From positions 181,647-245,646 of the IMG/VR virus record IMGVR_UViG_3300030098_004828: DNA of 64,000 bases, one strand, 5' to 3'. Numbering within the stretch: position 1 is the stretch's first letter; every line of letters begins with the position of its first letter. The notes under the pieces were generated by a model, which saw nothing but the letters and a program-made list of their open reading frames with translations, ran no database searches and was not told the origin of the DNA. This document shows positions 49,500 to 57,540 of the stretch, piece after piece. A program made the translations under genes and the position numbers.

Positions 49500-49970
49500 A
49501 TGCCTAATAATTTAAAAAAAGCTGGTATTAAATATAAAAAAGGTAAAGAAGTTTATAATAATGGCGGTGGTAATCCAAATATTCAACCTACAGCTACAGA
49601 TACATTACAAGCTTATATGCATCAAGTAGTACCAGGCTCTGTTTCAGGACAAGTAGATAATCTTAAGTCAGGTTTAATGGATGATGCTAAAAAATCACAT
49701 GATTTAACAGGTGATATGACTTATCAAGATTTTAAGGATGCTGCAGACCGTTTGGGTCTTAACACTAGAACAGATGTAATGAAGCATTTAACAGGTAAAA
49801 CTCCAGATGATTTACATTGGACTAAAAGGGGTTTACTCAAAAGTATAGTTGACATGGATAAAAGTTTAAGAACAGGTGGTGCTACACCAGGTAGTCCTGT
49901 ATATGCAGCTAAAAATAGTACTTATAAAGGTGGACCAGCACCTGGAATGATTAATGGAACTTTTAAATAA
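49500..49970 (+). CDS. Basic protein with C-terminal PGMING tag
   Basis: Ends STYKGG-PAPGMINGTFK. Confidence 0.7.
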   Translation: MPNNLKKAGIKYKKGKEVYNNGGGNPNIQPTATDTLQAYMHQVVPGSVSGQVDNLKSGLMDDAKKSHDLTGDMTYQDFKDAADRLGLNTRTDVMKHLTGKTPDDLHWTKRGLLKSIVDMDKSLRTGGATPGSPVYAAKNSTYKGGPAPGMINGTFK

Positions 49971-49978
49971 TATATACC

Positions 49979-50338
49979 ATGGATGAAGAACAAATAAAAA
50001 TGCTCCAAGAGCTACATAATAAAAAAACAGAAGATAAGTTTAAGGATCCAGATGGTAACATGGGAAATTCTGGAACTTTACGAGAAAGATTAGATTCAAT
50101 TTCTAACAGTGCAGATGTAAACAAAGCAGATGAATGGTGGAAAAAAATACAGCATGGAAATGACGATCCTAAAGGTCCAGGAAATTTAAAAGATGATCAT
50201 GGTGATATGTATGACAAATCAAAAATTAAAACTAATCCTGCTTTAGATTATCTTTTAAAAAATAAAGAGTCTGTTGAAGGAGTTGGTGGATGGAAAGGTA
50301 AATCAGTTCCTGGTATGATAAAAGGAAGACATAAATAA
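49979..50338 (+). CDS. Protein with C-terminal PGMIKG tag
   Basis: Ends EGVGG-WKGKSVPGMIKGRHK. Confidence 0.7.
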   Translation: MDEEQIKMLQELHNKKTEDKFKDPDGNMGNSGTLRERLDSISNSADVNKADEWWKKIQHGNDDPKGPGNLKDDHGDMYDKSKIKTNPALDYLLKNKESVEGVGGWKGKSVPGMIKGRHK

Positions 50339-50463
50339 TGGCAAAAGGAAATACATTTACTTTTAGAGGTAGTCACAGTAAAAAAAGACGTGGTGTTCAT
50401 TCTAAGAATGCTAGCAGGTCTCAAAATGCATATAAAAAAGTATATAGAGGACAAGGAAGATAA
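50338..50463 (+). CDS. 41-aa basic protein MAKGNTFTFRGSHSKKRRGVHSKNASRSQNAYKKVYRGQGR
   Basis: Hand translation; TAATG-coupled. The ..G.HSK..KK.YRGQGR ending is recurrent in aquatic phages. Confidence 0.7.
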   Translation: MAKGNTFTFRGSHSKKRRGVHSKNASRSQNAYKKVYRGQGR

Positions 50464-50497
50464 AAAAAGAGGAGACTATTGATCTCCTCTTTCTTTT
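50464..50497. terminator. Bidirectional intrinsic terminator at the convergence of the late and replication arms
   Basis: Stem AAAGAGGAGA (50466-50475) / TCTCCTCTTT (50483-50492), 7-nt loop, A-run to the left and T-rich to the right. Confidence 0.8.
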
Positions 50498-50796
50498 ATA
50501 AGTCCCTCAAGAATTATAAGATAGTTTATGGCATCTCCTATTTTTTCTTCTAACAGCTCATCTGTTGGGACCTCACCCGGGAGTTTACTTATAATGGTTT
50601 TAATACATTCTAAATGTTTACAAGCATATTCCCATGCTACACCTTCTGGTGTATCGTGAAAAGAAAAACCCACTCCTTCTCTAAATGATTTGAATACATC
50701 CATAATGTTGGCATATTCTGTCATTTTTGTAGAATAAGTTTCTCTAGTTTTATCAAACCTATATTCCAGTAGTTTCTTGAATTCTTGGATCTTCAT
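50476..50796 (-). CDS. DUF1599-like / all-alpha NTP-pyrophosphatase-fold protein
   Basis: K..EYA..DVFKSF..K..IGDAINYLIIL pattern. Confidence 0.55.
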   Translation of the reverse strand: MKIQEFKKLLEYRFDKTRETYSTKMTEYANIMDVFKSFREGVGFSFHDTPEGVAWEYACKHLECIKTIISKLPGEVPTDELLEEKIGDAINYLIILEGLIKERGDQ

Positions 50797-50902
50797 GATT
50801 AAAATCTGGTTCTTGATGAATATCTACAATATTCTCTGGTATAATAATGTTAACATTAGGATTTTCTCCTATGTTGTTTAAATTAAATTTTGGTTTTAAC
50901 AT
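50759..50902 (-). CDS. 47-aa hypothetical protein MLKPKFNLNNIGENPNVNIIIPENIVDIHQEPDF..
   Basis: Hand translation; fills the gap between the terminator and the DUF1599-like gene. Confidence 0.4.
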   Translation of the reverse strand: MLKPKFNLNNIGENPNVNIIIPENIVDIHQEPDFNHEDPRIQETTGI

Positions 50903-50933
50903 GTTTAAAAAATTAATGATTAATAAATATGTT

Positions 50934-50982
50934 AAAAGAAATAACTATACCAGGAAAATGGAAGTAAACACTGGTATAGTTA
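50934..50982 (-). terminator. Intrinsic terminator after dut (12-bp perfect stem plus U-tract), overlapped by a competing helix
   Basis: TAACTATACCAG (50942-50953) / CTGGTATAGTTA (50971-50982), followed on the - strand by TTTCTTTT. Confidence 0.65.
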
Positions 50983-50988
50983 CTTCCT

Positions 50989-51450
50989 TTAACTAATTCC
51001 TGTGCTTCCAAATCCACCACTTCCTCTTTCAGTTTCATCAAGAGAATCAACATCTTCAAAATATGCTTGCTCATATTCAGCAATCACCATTTGAGCTATT
51101 CTGTCTCCTTTTTTAACTTCAAAGTCTTTTGTAGATAAGTTAGCTAATATTATTTTTATTTCTCCTATATAATCAGAATCTATTGTTCCAGGAGCATTAA
51201 GAACAATGATTTGGTTTTTAGCAGTTAAACCACTACGTGATCTAATTTGTGCTTCATAACCATTAGGTAACTTAATGTGTATTCCAGTACCTATAATTTC
51301 AGAAGCTCCACTTTTAACAGTGATCTTCTCATTTGATCTAATATCCATTCCAGCTGAACCACTTGTTTCATAACTAGGATTAGGATTTTTAGATTTGTTT
51401 ATAATTTGTATTTTTGGTCTAAACCAAGTCCATAATTCAAAGTTTCCCAT
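50989..51450 (-). CDS. dut: Trimeric dUTPase
   Basis: All five motifs: [38 protein letters not shown]. Confidence 0.97.
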   Translation of the reverse strand: MGNFELWTWFRPKIQIINKSKNPNPSYETSGSAGMDIRSNEKITVKSGASEIIGTGIHIKLPNGYEAQIRSRSGLTAKNQIIVLNAPGTIDSDYIGEIKIILANLSTKDFEVKKGDRIAQMVIAEYEQAYFEDVDSLDETERGSGGFGSTGIS

Positions 51451-51616
51451 AACACTTATACATTAGTTTTGATACTTTTTCTTCTAAATATTCAACAATA
51501 CTTATTGCAGTTGTAAACCATAGAAGAAGTGCCCATATAACGATCATAATTAATAGTAGAATTACTCCTAATATTGATTTGATGCAATTTAATAAAAATT
51601 TTCCTATTTTATTCAT
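51437..51616 (-). CDS. 59-aa membrane protein [34 protein letters not shown]..
   Basis: Hand translation; long TM stretch; fills the gap between splB-like and dut. Confidence 0.55.
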   Translation of the reverse strand: MNKIGKFLLNCIKSILGVILLLIMIVIWALLLWFTTAISIVEYLEEKVSKLMYKCYGKL

Positions 51617-51619
51617 AAT

Positions 51620-52486
51620 TTAAAATATATATCTAATTTTATTCCAAGGTATTACATTATCATGTACTTTTGTAAATGATTCTATAAATCCTTGCTTTAA
51701 TACTCTTTTATATCTAATATTTTTTCCTCCATATTGTGAGGTTTTTTCTTCTTGTATATCTGGTTGCCATAGATCTTTTTCTGTATGTGGATGATTTAAT
51801 AAATTTCTATAATGTTTGCTTTCATTGTGTGTTAAAAATATACATTCTGCTAATACATTTTCTTCATCTCTAACATTATTATTAATTAAAGCAAATAGCT
51901 CTTCATAATCATCTAACCAACCATCATATACGATAATAGGACTAAAATTAAGATGCACTTCATAACCTGCTTTTTTAAATTCATCTATTGCTTGTATTCT
52001 TTCTAATATAGTAGAGGTATTTGGTTCATGTATTTGTCTTTTGTGTTCAGGCATTAGACTAAATCTAATCCTTACTTTTTGTTGAGGGTCATATTTAAGT
52101 AATTCTGGATTAACATATTTAGTTGCAAAACTTGCCATTGCTTTATCATGATGTTTAAAGAAATTAAATATTCTTTTCCATTCATGATATTTAGCATGAA
52201 GAGCAAAGTCTTCATTACAACTTATGTCATAAGTAATATATTTTGGATGTGTTTGATTTGGTTTTTCTACTTCTAATTGTGCAAATATAGCATGGTTATT
52301 TATTTCTGTTAAAATTTGATTTGTGTTTTTAGCTATAGATAATCCTTCAGATTTATGCCTTTTCATATAGCAATATGAGCACTCATATAAACACCCCCAG
52401 CCAAAACTAGGAGATATAAAGTCTGTAGATCTACCCGAAGGTCTAATCTTCAGACTTTTTCTAATATCTCTTGTAATTACTGTCAT
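51620..52486 (-). CDS. splB: Spore photoproduct lyase family radical SAM protein
   Basis: GCLYECSYCY (CxxxCxxC), YDISCNED (aligns with the SplB catalytic Cys segment), FATKY, RIRFS, AGY..SPII. Confidence 0.8.
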   Translation of the reverse strand: MTVITRDIRKSLKIRPSGRSTDFISPSFGWGCLYECSYCYMKRHKSEGLSIAKNTNQILTEINNHAIFAQLEVEKPNQTHPKYITYDISCNEDFALHAKYHEWKRIFNFFKHHDKAMASFATKYVNPELLKYDPQQKVRIRFSLMPEHKRQIHEPNTSTILERIQAIDEFKKAGYEVHLNFSPIIVYDGWLDDYEELFALINNNVRDEENVLAECIFLTHNESKHYRNLLNHPHTEKDLWQPDIQEEKTSQYGGKNIRYKRVLKQGFIESFTKVHDNVIPWNKIRYIF

Positions 52487-53367
52487 ATTTTGAACTCTTC
52501 AAAAGTATCATATTCTTGTGCTTCTATATCAGCATCAAAATCTGATCCTTTAATAGCACGACTAAATACTCCAGCAGCATCTACAGAACTAGGTAATGTA
52601 TAAGTACCATCTGCATTCCAAGTTTTGTCTCTTTTATGTAAACCGGATTGACTTAATAATTCTGCAGTCATAAACTCATGAAACTTAACTTGATCACTCA
52701 TCCATGTTCTTGGGTGAGATTTCTTAAAAGCATGTGTAACATGATTGTAAAATGTCCACGCATTATTAAGATCAGCTTTATAATCATAAGATGGTTCTTT
52801 CATTTCTGCTTTAATAATAGAAACTTGTGATGCATCAATAATTTCTTCATCTAAAAATAATCTGCCCACTAATTCAGCTTGACTTTTTTTAGGTAAGAAT
52901 AGTTTTCTCATTTCATTCTTATCTTGAATTAACTTAGTATAATACTTATTAGCTGATTTAATTTGTGAGCTTATCTGAGTATGAATATCATGATCTGCCT
53001 TACCTGTATGCTTTCTAGCATAGTTTGCCATGTCTCCACATAACATACCATTGCTGCATACATTTACAAAAGCTCCTACAGCACATTGAAATCTTGTACT
53101 TTTATCATAAGAGTTTGTCCAAGCAAACATCATTCCCATTTCTTCATCTATATTAGAAGCAAGGTGATATACTCCTTGTGCTACTTTAGCATTCATATTT
53201 GCTCTGTAAAGTTCTTTTGTGATTATAAAACCACTTTTGTCTAATAGAGTTTTAGTAACATCTATAACATCTTTATGAGGAATAACTGTGTAAGTTTTTC
53301 CATGATTAGGTAGTGGTGCTCCCACTAAAAAATCTTTTGTAGTAGTTGTTGGTCTTGTGTATCCCAT
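52483..53367 (-). CDS. DUF932-family protein
   Basis: YTVIPH..NSYDKS..GAFVNVCSNGM..WTFYNHVT. The likely start is MGYTRP at 53367; the track start at 53403 lies inside a hairpin. Confidence 0.8.
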   Translation of the reverse strand: MGYTRPTTTTKDFLVGAPLPNHGKTYTVIPHKDVIDVTKTLLDKSGFIITKELYRANMNAKVAQGVYHLASNIDEEMGMMFAWTNSYDKSTRFQCAVGAFVNVCSNGMLCGDMANYARKHTGKADHDIHTQISSQIKSANKYYTKLIQDKNEMRKLFLPKKSQAELVGRLFLDEEIIDASQVSIIKAEMKEPSYDYKADLNNAWTFYNHVTHAFKKSHPRTWMSDQVKFHEFMTAELLSQSGLHKRDKTWNADGTYTLPSSVDAAGVFSRAIKGSDFDADIEAQEYDTFEEFKI

Positions 53368-53390
53368 TTTATTTAGTTTTAGTTGCCAAT

Positions 53391-53444
53391 GGGAGCCGTG
53401 CACGAATGAAGTGTAAAATCTTTATTACACGACCTTTGGCTCCC
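53391..53444 (-). ncRNA. Candidate structured 5' leader or small RNA upstream of the DUF932 gene
   Basis: GC-rich island: outer stem GGGAGCC/GGCTCCC (53391-53397, 53438-53444) and inner stem GTGTAA/TTACAC (53411-53416, 53425-53430), about 13 nt downstream of a TATATTTG promoter. Confidence 0.45.
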
Positions 53445-53457
53445 CCTGGACTTATTG

Positions 53458-53465
53458 CAAATATA
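53458..53465 (-). promoter_or_regulatory. Bacteroidota -7 element TATATTTG
   Basis: Exact TAnnTTTG in intergenic DNA, with context TTATTATATTTG. Confidence 0.65.
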
Positions 53466-53475
53466 ATAATAAATT

Positions 53476-55380
53476 CTATTCAAACAATAATAATTGGTTA
53501 CTTTTTACACCAATTATGTTATTTATTTCTTTCTCAATTGCATTAAGATAATATTTCTCATTAATGTCATAGTCTGACCATTTTTTATTTTCTATTTTAT
53601 TCATTACAGTTTGAACCCATTGCCCAGACTCTAATTGAATTTCTCTTTGATCATTTTTATTTATTTTTACAATCTTACAACCTTTATTTGAAATATAATA
53701 TCTATTTATTTTTTGTAATTCATCTTGTTTTGCAACTTGATTTTCAACATATATAGCATGTTGTCTCCATGCTCCTTTAGATTTAGCTCCTATACAATAA
53801 TCAAGAATGTTTCTATTATGTTTTAATGTATGTTCTGGTAAAGTTCCATCAACAAAGTATGCATACAATGCTTTTGGAATGATCAGTTTAGATTTGTTTT
53901 TATGAAGAGCTAACCCTTCAAATTCAAATCTACCTTTACATTTAGCTTTACCATTACTATCTACTGCTATATAATTATTAACATCAGCTAATACTAGTTT
54001 ACTATATTGATCATGTTCAAGATTAAGACCAGTTATTTCTTCCCATTCTTTACATACTTCCATATATTGAGGTATGTATTCCCTAGGTATTATAGTCTCA
54101 ACACCATCAGTATTTTGCATTAAAGCAACAGCATCTGGTATCTTTGTCATAATCATTTCATATAACATCATCAATGTAAGTTGACCATTAACGGTAATAA
54201 ACATAGTAAATTGTGGATCATATAGAAAAGAGTTTTTATCATTACTCAACCCATAAGTTGAATTCAAGATAATTTTATATACATAGTTCATTGGATCACT
54301 CTTTGGTATCTTCTTTCTTTCATCAAAGAACCATTTGTATAATTCACAAAACTTTTCTTTAGGTATATGAGCCGGTGCATATTTGTTAACAATAGCTAAA
54401 TTAGGATAGAAACTAGTAACATCTGACGACATTATAACTCTCTCATTATCAGACTCATATATTCCAGCTTTAGTAGCACCATGAGCACCACCCAATCCAA
54501 AGTCAGTTTTTACACCTTTATATTTTACAGAAGATTTAAACCCTCCTTTAGTATAATTAGGATTTACTTCTACTGTTCTAAACTTTTCTAATAAAGTTTT
54601 AAATTCAGGTGTCTCAAATTTAACATAGTCTAGTATAAGATCATTTACCTTAATTACATTTCTAAAAGTTCTTAACTTTTTAACTTCATATTTTGGCATG
54701 TCCAACTCTCTGCTAAGATAATAAGCAAAAATTTCTTTACTTATTCTTGGTTCAGATGCACTAAACAAGTTAATATTATATTTTTCAGTTAAGTTCTTTC
54801 TTAATGCAATTAAAGGTTTACATCTATTAAAGATCTCTTTAGTTGCTTCCACATCATTAATACAATATTCAATAACTAGATCTAACTGATCTTGTGTATT
54901 TATTTCTGTTTCATGATGTATAGGCATATCTAAGATATTATCCCAGTCCATAGTATATTCTATCCACTTAAGACTAGATCTTTTAGCCATGTTATCCCAA
55001 TGGTTTAATTTAAACACATCTATTTGTTTAATAGACATATGCCATTCAGGAAATTCTTGAAATTCATGAGCATTACTTTTTTCTATACATTTTTGTGCAT
55101 AGTGATAAATTTCTTCAGCTATTTCTTCACCAGACATAAGTTTTAAATTGCCATAATCTTTTATTATATAGTGAGTGATTTGTGCATCAAATGCTAATCC
55201 ATTATAGGATATATGCCACTCTTTATTTTCAATATTTTCTTTTAGAAACTCAATAAATGATGTAAAATCATTGCGTTGTTTACACATTGCAAAAATTTTA
55301 GTCTCTTCAGTTTTATAGTGTTTAAATACACCAACAAAACAATTCACTAGAGTTTCATAATCCATTACCCAGTGATTCAT
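53476..55380 (-). CDS. polB: Family B DNA polymerase, crAss-like type
   Basis: ExoI MDYET, YNGLAFD, DVTSFYPN, KIILNSTYG, NTDG, KCKGRF. Confidence 0.93.
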   Translation of the reverse strand: MNHWVMDYETLVNCFVGVFKHYKTEETKIFAMCKQRNDFTSFIEFLKENIENKEWHISYNGLAFDAQITHYIIKDYGNLKLMSGEEIAEEIYHYAQKCIEKSNAHEFQEFPEWHMSIKQIDVFKLNHWDNMAKRSSLKWIEYTMDWDNILDMPIHHETEINTQDQLDLVIEYCINDVEATKEIFNRCKPLIALRKNLTEKYNINLFSASEPRISKEIFAYYLSRELDMPKYEVKKLRTFRNVIKVNDLILDYVKFETPEFKTLLEKFRTVEVNPNYTKGGFKSSVKYKGVKTDFGLGGAHGATKAGIYESDNERVIMSSDVTSFYPNLAIVNKYAPAHIPKEKFCELYKWFFDERKKIPKSDPMNYVYKIILNSTYGLSNDKNSFLYDPQFTMFITVNGQLTLMMLYEMIMTKIPDAVALMQNTDGVETIIPREYIPQYMEVCKEWEEITGLNLEHDQYSKLVLADVNNYIAVDSNGKAKCKGRFEFEGLALHKNKSKLIIPKALYAYFVDGTLPEHTLKHNRNILDYCIGAKSKGAWRQHAIYVENQVAKQDELQKINRYYISNKGCKIVKINKNDQREIQLESGQWVQTVMNKIENKKWSDYDINEKYYLNAIEKEINNIIGVKSNQLLLFE

Positions 55381-55392
55381 AATAATTTAATT

Positions 55393-55429
55393 TAAAAAAA
55401 AGGGAGCTGTCACACAAACCAGCTCCCTT
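55393..55429 (-). terminator. Intrinsic terminator just upstream of polB
   Basis: AAGGGAGCTG (55400-55409) / CAGCTCCCTT (55420-55429), followed by a T-run on the - strand. Confidence 0.8.
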
Positions 55430-55470
55430 ACAAATGAAAACATTTAATCAAATTTGAGGCTTGATCAGAC

Positions 55471-55923
55471 CTAAGCTTTTGGCATTTCTTTAACAATACC
55501 TGGTTTTTCTGGAACAAAAAGTTTTTTATCATCTTCTTCTTCCATTGCTCCATCAATTATAGAGTCATAATCAAATTCTTTTGCATTAACTGCAAATGAT
55601 TCAATAAAACCTTTAATTTCTTCAGGAGTTATAATATAGAATTCAGAAAACGTATCAACTAATCTTCTTTCTTCTTTTATTTGTTTACCATTTTTTCTTG
55701 CACTAACATTTTTTACATAAACAGCATCTCCATTATCATCTAGTTTAGGAACCATATGATAACTTTGCTTCATTATTTTAGTGATAACAGCAAGAATTTT
55801 GTCATTTACTGAGAATATACATTCTACATATGGACAATCTTGTGTAATAGGAATCATTTTAAATGATTTTGCTACACCTTGAAAGTCAACTGAGTTTATT
55901 AAGATCATGTTTTTACCCGCCAT
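55471..55923 (-). CDS. Conserved hypothetical protein (150 aa)
   Basis: SFKMIPITQDCPYVECIF..HMVPKLDDNGD; has its own promoter and terminator. Confidence 0.7.
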   Translation of the reverse strand: MAGKNMILINSVDFQGVAKSFKMIPITQDCPYVECIFSVNDKILAVITKIMKQSYHMVPKLDDNGDAVYVKNVSARKNGKQIKEERRLVDTFSEFYIITPEEIKGFIESFAVNAKEFDYDSIIDGAMEEEDDKKLFVPEKPGIVKEMPKA

Positions 55924-55946
55924 AGTTTTGTGTTTTAAAATTTAGT

Positions 55947-55954
55947 CAAATATA
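55947..55954 (-). promoter_or_regulatory. Bacteroidota -7 element TATATTTG
   Basis: Exact match 24 nt upstream of ATG 55923. Confidence 0.6.
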
Positions 55955-55960
55955 TAATAA

Positions 55961-56524
55961 TTATTTAAATAATTCAACTTCAATCATTTTTTTTGTAAAA
56001 TTCTCTTCTTTTAAGTCTGGTTTATCACACAGTTCTCCTACTTCTACAAGTATTTCTATTGGTATATTTAATATTTCTGAATATGTTTCATAAAAATGTT
56101 CAGGATATAAATAACTTTCAACATAATCTGTTATAGTTCCGATCTTACCAAAGAAATTTAATATTTTTATTTTTGTTCCTTCAGTAAATTTAGAATATTT
56201 TCCTTCTTTAAATTTTATTAAATCTTTTTTTAAGTGGGAAAAGTTAAATACAAAAAGATGCATTTCATTATTTATTTTATGATATTGTTCATATTTTGAA
56301 TGACATGTTATATGAAGTTCTTTAAAAACTTCAAATTGTTTTAATGTTTGTTCACATTGGGTATCTATTGAATATAGACATAAGAATTTGTTCTCATTCA
56401 AATTCATATTATCCCAAGATATATATGTTTGAATAGGAACAAATCTTATACCCTTTCTAATCCCTAATAAGGGATATAAGAAAACTTTACTTTTTTGAAA
56501 ATATTCTTTATAAATTTGTTTCAT
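55961..56524 (-). CDS. Hypothetical protein (187 aa)
   Basis: ORF track; operon-coupled (YFQKSKVFLYPLLGI). Confidence 0.7.
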   Translation of the reverse strand: MKQIYKEYFQKSKVFLYPLLGIRKGIRFVPIQTYISWDNMNLNENKFLCLYSIDTQCEQTLKQFEVFKELHITCHSKYEQYHKINNEMHLFVFNFSHLKKDLIKFKEGKYSKFTEGTKIKILNFFGKIGTITDYVESYLYPEHFYETYSEILNIPIEILVEVGELCDKPDLKEENFTKKMIEVELFK

Positions 56525-57540
56525 AAGATTACATTACCATTAGCAAATACATATGGCAGATCATATTTTCTTTCACTGTAATGATAGTTGGCTTCTGTTA
56601 ATGCTTCTCTTAGACTATTTATCCATTTTATTTGTGTTTCTTCCGATACAGGAAAGACATAGACCTGGTCATACTTGTCTATCACAACAAATTTAAAAAT
56701 AATTTTGTAATTCTGTTGGTTTTCATCAACATTTTTTATTACAAGTAGTGAATATATGGCTGCTTGGAGCCAATAATTATAAAAATCCACTGTTTCAGCA
56801 AAGTTTTCTAATGATTTTGCTGTTGTTTTTAAATCTACTATAGTTATTGTCTTTGCTTCATCATCTATTATATATTTATCTATTATACCTTTTAATCCAA
56901 ATTTAAAATCATTTAACTTACATTCTAATTTTTTCTCATTGTATACTTGAATAGTATCCATTTCAAAATCAGTGGCTTCTTGCATCAGTAACTTAGTTAC
57001 ATCATCATTAGCCCGGATTATAACAACACGATCCATACAACGTGCAAATGTATCTGCATCAATTATAGTTTTACCTGTTGTTTGTAAAAATTTAAAATAC
57101 TCTTCACTCTCTTCTGTTATTATCTTATCTAATCTTTTTTGGTCTTCCTTAAACGATTGATACAAGTTCTCTTCTTTCAGAGCTTCTAGTATCTGATCAT
57201 CTAAATCTTTTAACTTCATATAATTATTTGGGTCAACAATTCTACTGCTGACAATTCTTAATATTTTTTTGACTGAATCTGTAGGCATCTTTAACGGTGA
57301 CATAACAAATTCTTCATCAAACCGATCTGGTTCTAATAGTAACAGGTGTATTAACTTACCTTCTATCAGATGTTTTTCCATCTTGGTTTCCCTTTCTTTA
57401 AGGATATAATCTTTATAAAAAAGTTTGGGTGAAAATAACAACCTGTTCAAGGAAGAGTAACTGAAGTTAAACTCTCCCTTGTAAAACAGATCTTCTTTAA
57501 TTTTATCTTGCATAATCATGTGATTCAATATATTCATCAA
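56521..57540 (-). CDS. PD-(D/E)XK exonuclease (RecB/Cas4-like recombination nuclease)
   Basis: FSYSSLN..GKLIHLLLLEP..KGIIDK..IVDLKTT..LQAAIY. Confidence 0.85.
   Translation of the reverse strand: MMNILNHMIMQDKIKEDLFYKGEFNFSYSSLNRLLFSPKLFYKDYILKERETKMEKHLIEGKLIHLLLLEPDRFDEEFVMSPLKMPTDSVKKILRIVSSRIVDPNNYMKLKDLDDQILEALKEENLYQSFKEDQKRLDKIITEESEEYFKFLQTTGKTIIDADTFARCMDRVVIIRANDDVTKLLMQEATDFEMDTIQVYNEKKLECKLNDFKFGLKGIIDKYIIDDEAKTITIVDLKTTAKSLENFAETVDFYNYWLQAAIYSLLVIKNVDENQQNYKIIFKFVVIDKYDQVYVFPVSEETQIKWINSLREALTEANYHYSERKYDLPYVFANGNVIL

Noticed and set aside
952-49758. Many short track ORFs antisense or out of frame within long genes (e.g. 952, 1395, 2021, 5660, 8031, 13480, 17716, 22345, 23074, 24175, 31519, 38443, 47005, 47485, 48029, 48693, 49242)
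   Set aside because: They are fully nested in well-supported genes and have the F/L/I/S-rich composition expected from the reverse of A-rich coding DNA. No motifs.
51-53403. Track start codons at 51, 29310, 48688 and 53403
   Set aside because: The first ORF is open to the window edge. The other three have better downstream ATGs (29316, 48700, 53367), judged from promoter position, overlap and leader structure.
53391-53455. tRNA-like 3' end (AGTCC..GGGAGCCA on the - strand)
   Set aside because: No D-arm, anticodon arm or GTTC T-loop, and no cloverleaf can be drawn. Kept only as a structured-leader candidate.
12920-55380. Inteins or self-splicing introns in RNAP, nrdJ or polB
   Set aside because: nrdJ and polB are of ordinary length with contiguous motifs, and no LAGLIDADG or HN-C/S/T junction was noticed. 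A hidden insertion in the 5459-aa protein cannot be fully excluded by eye.
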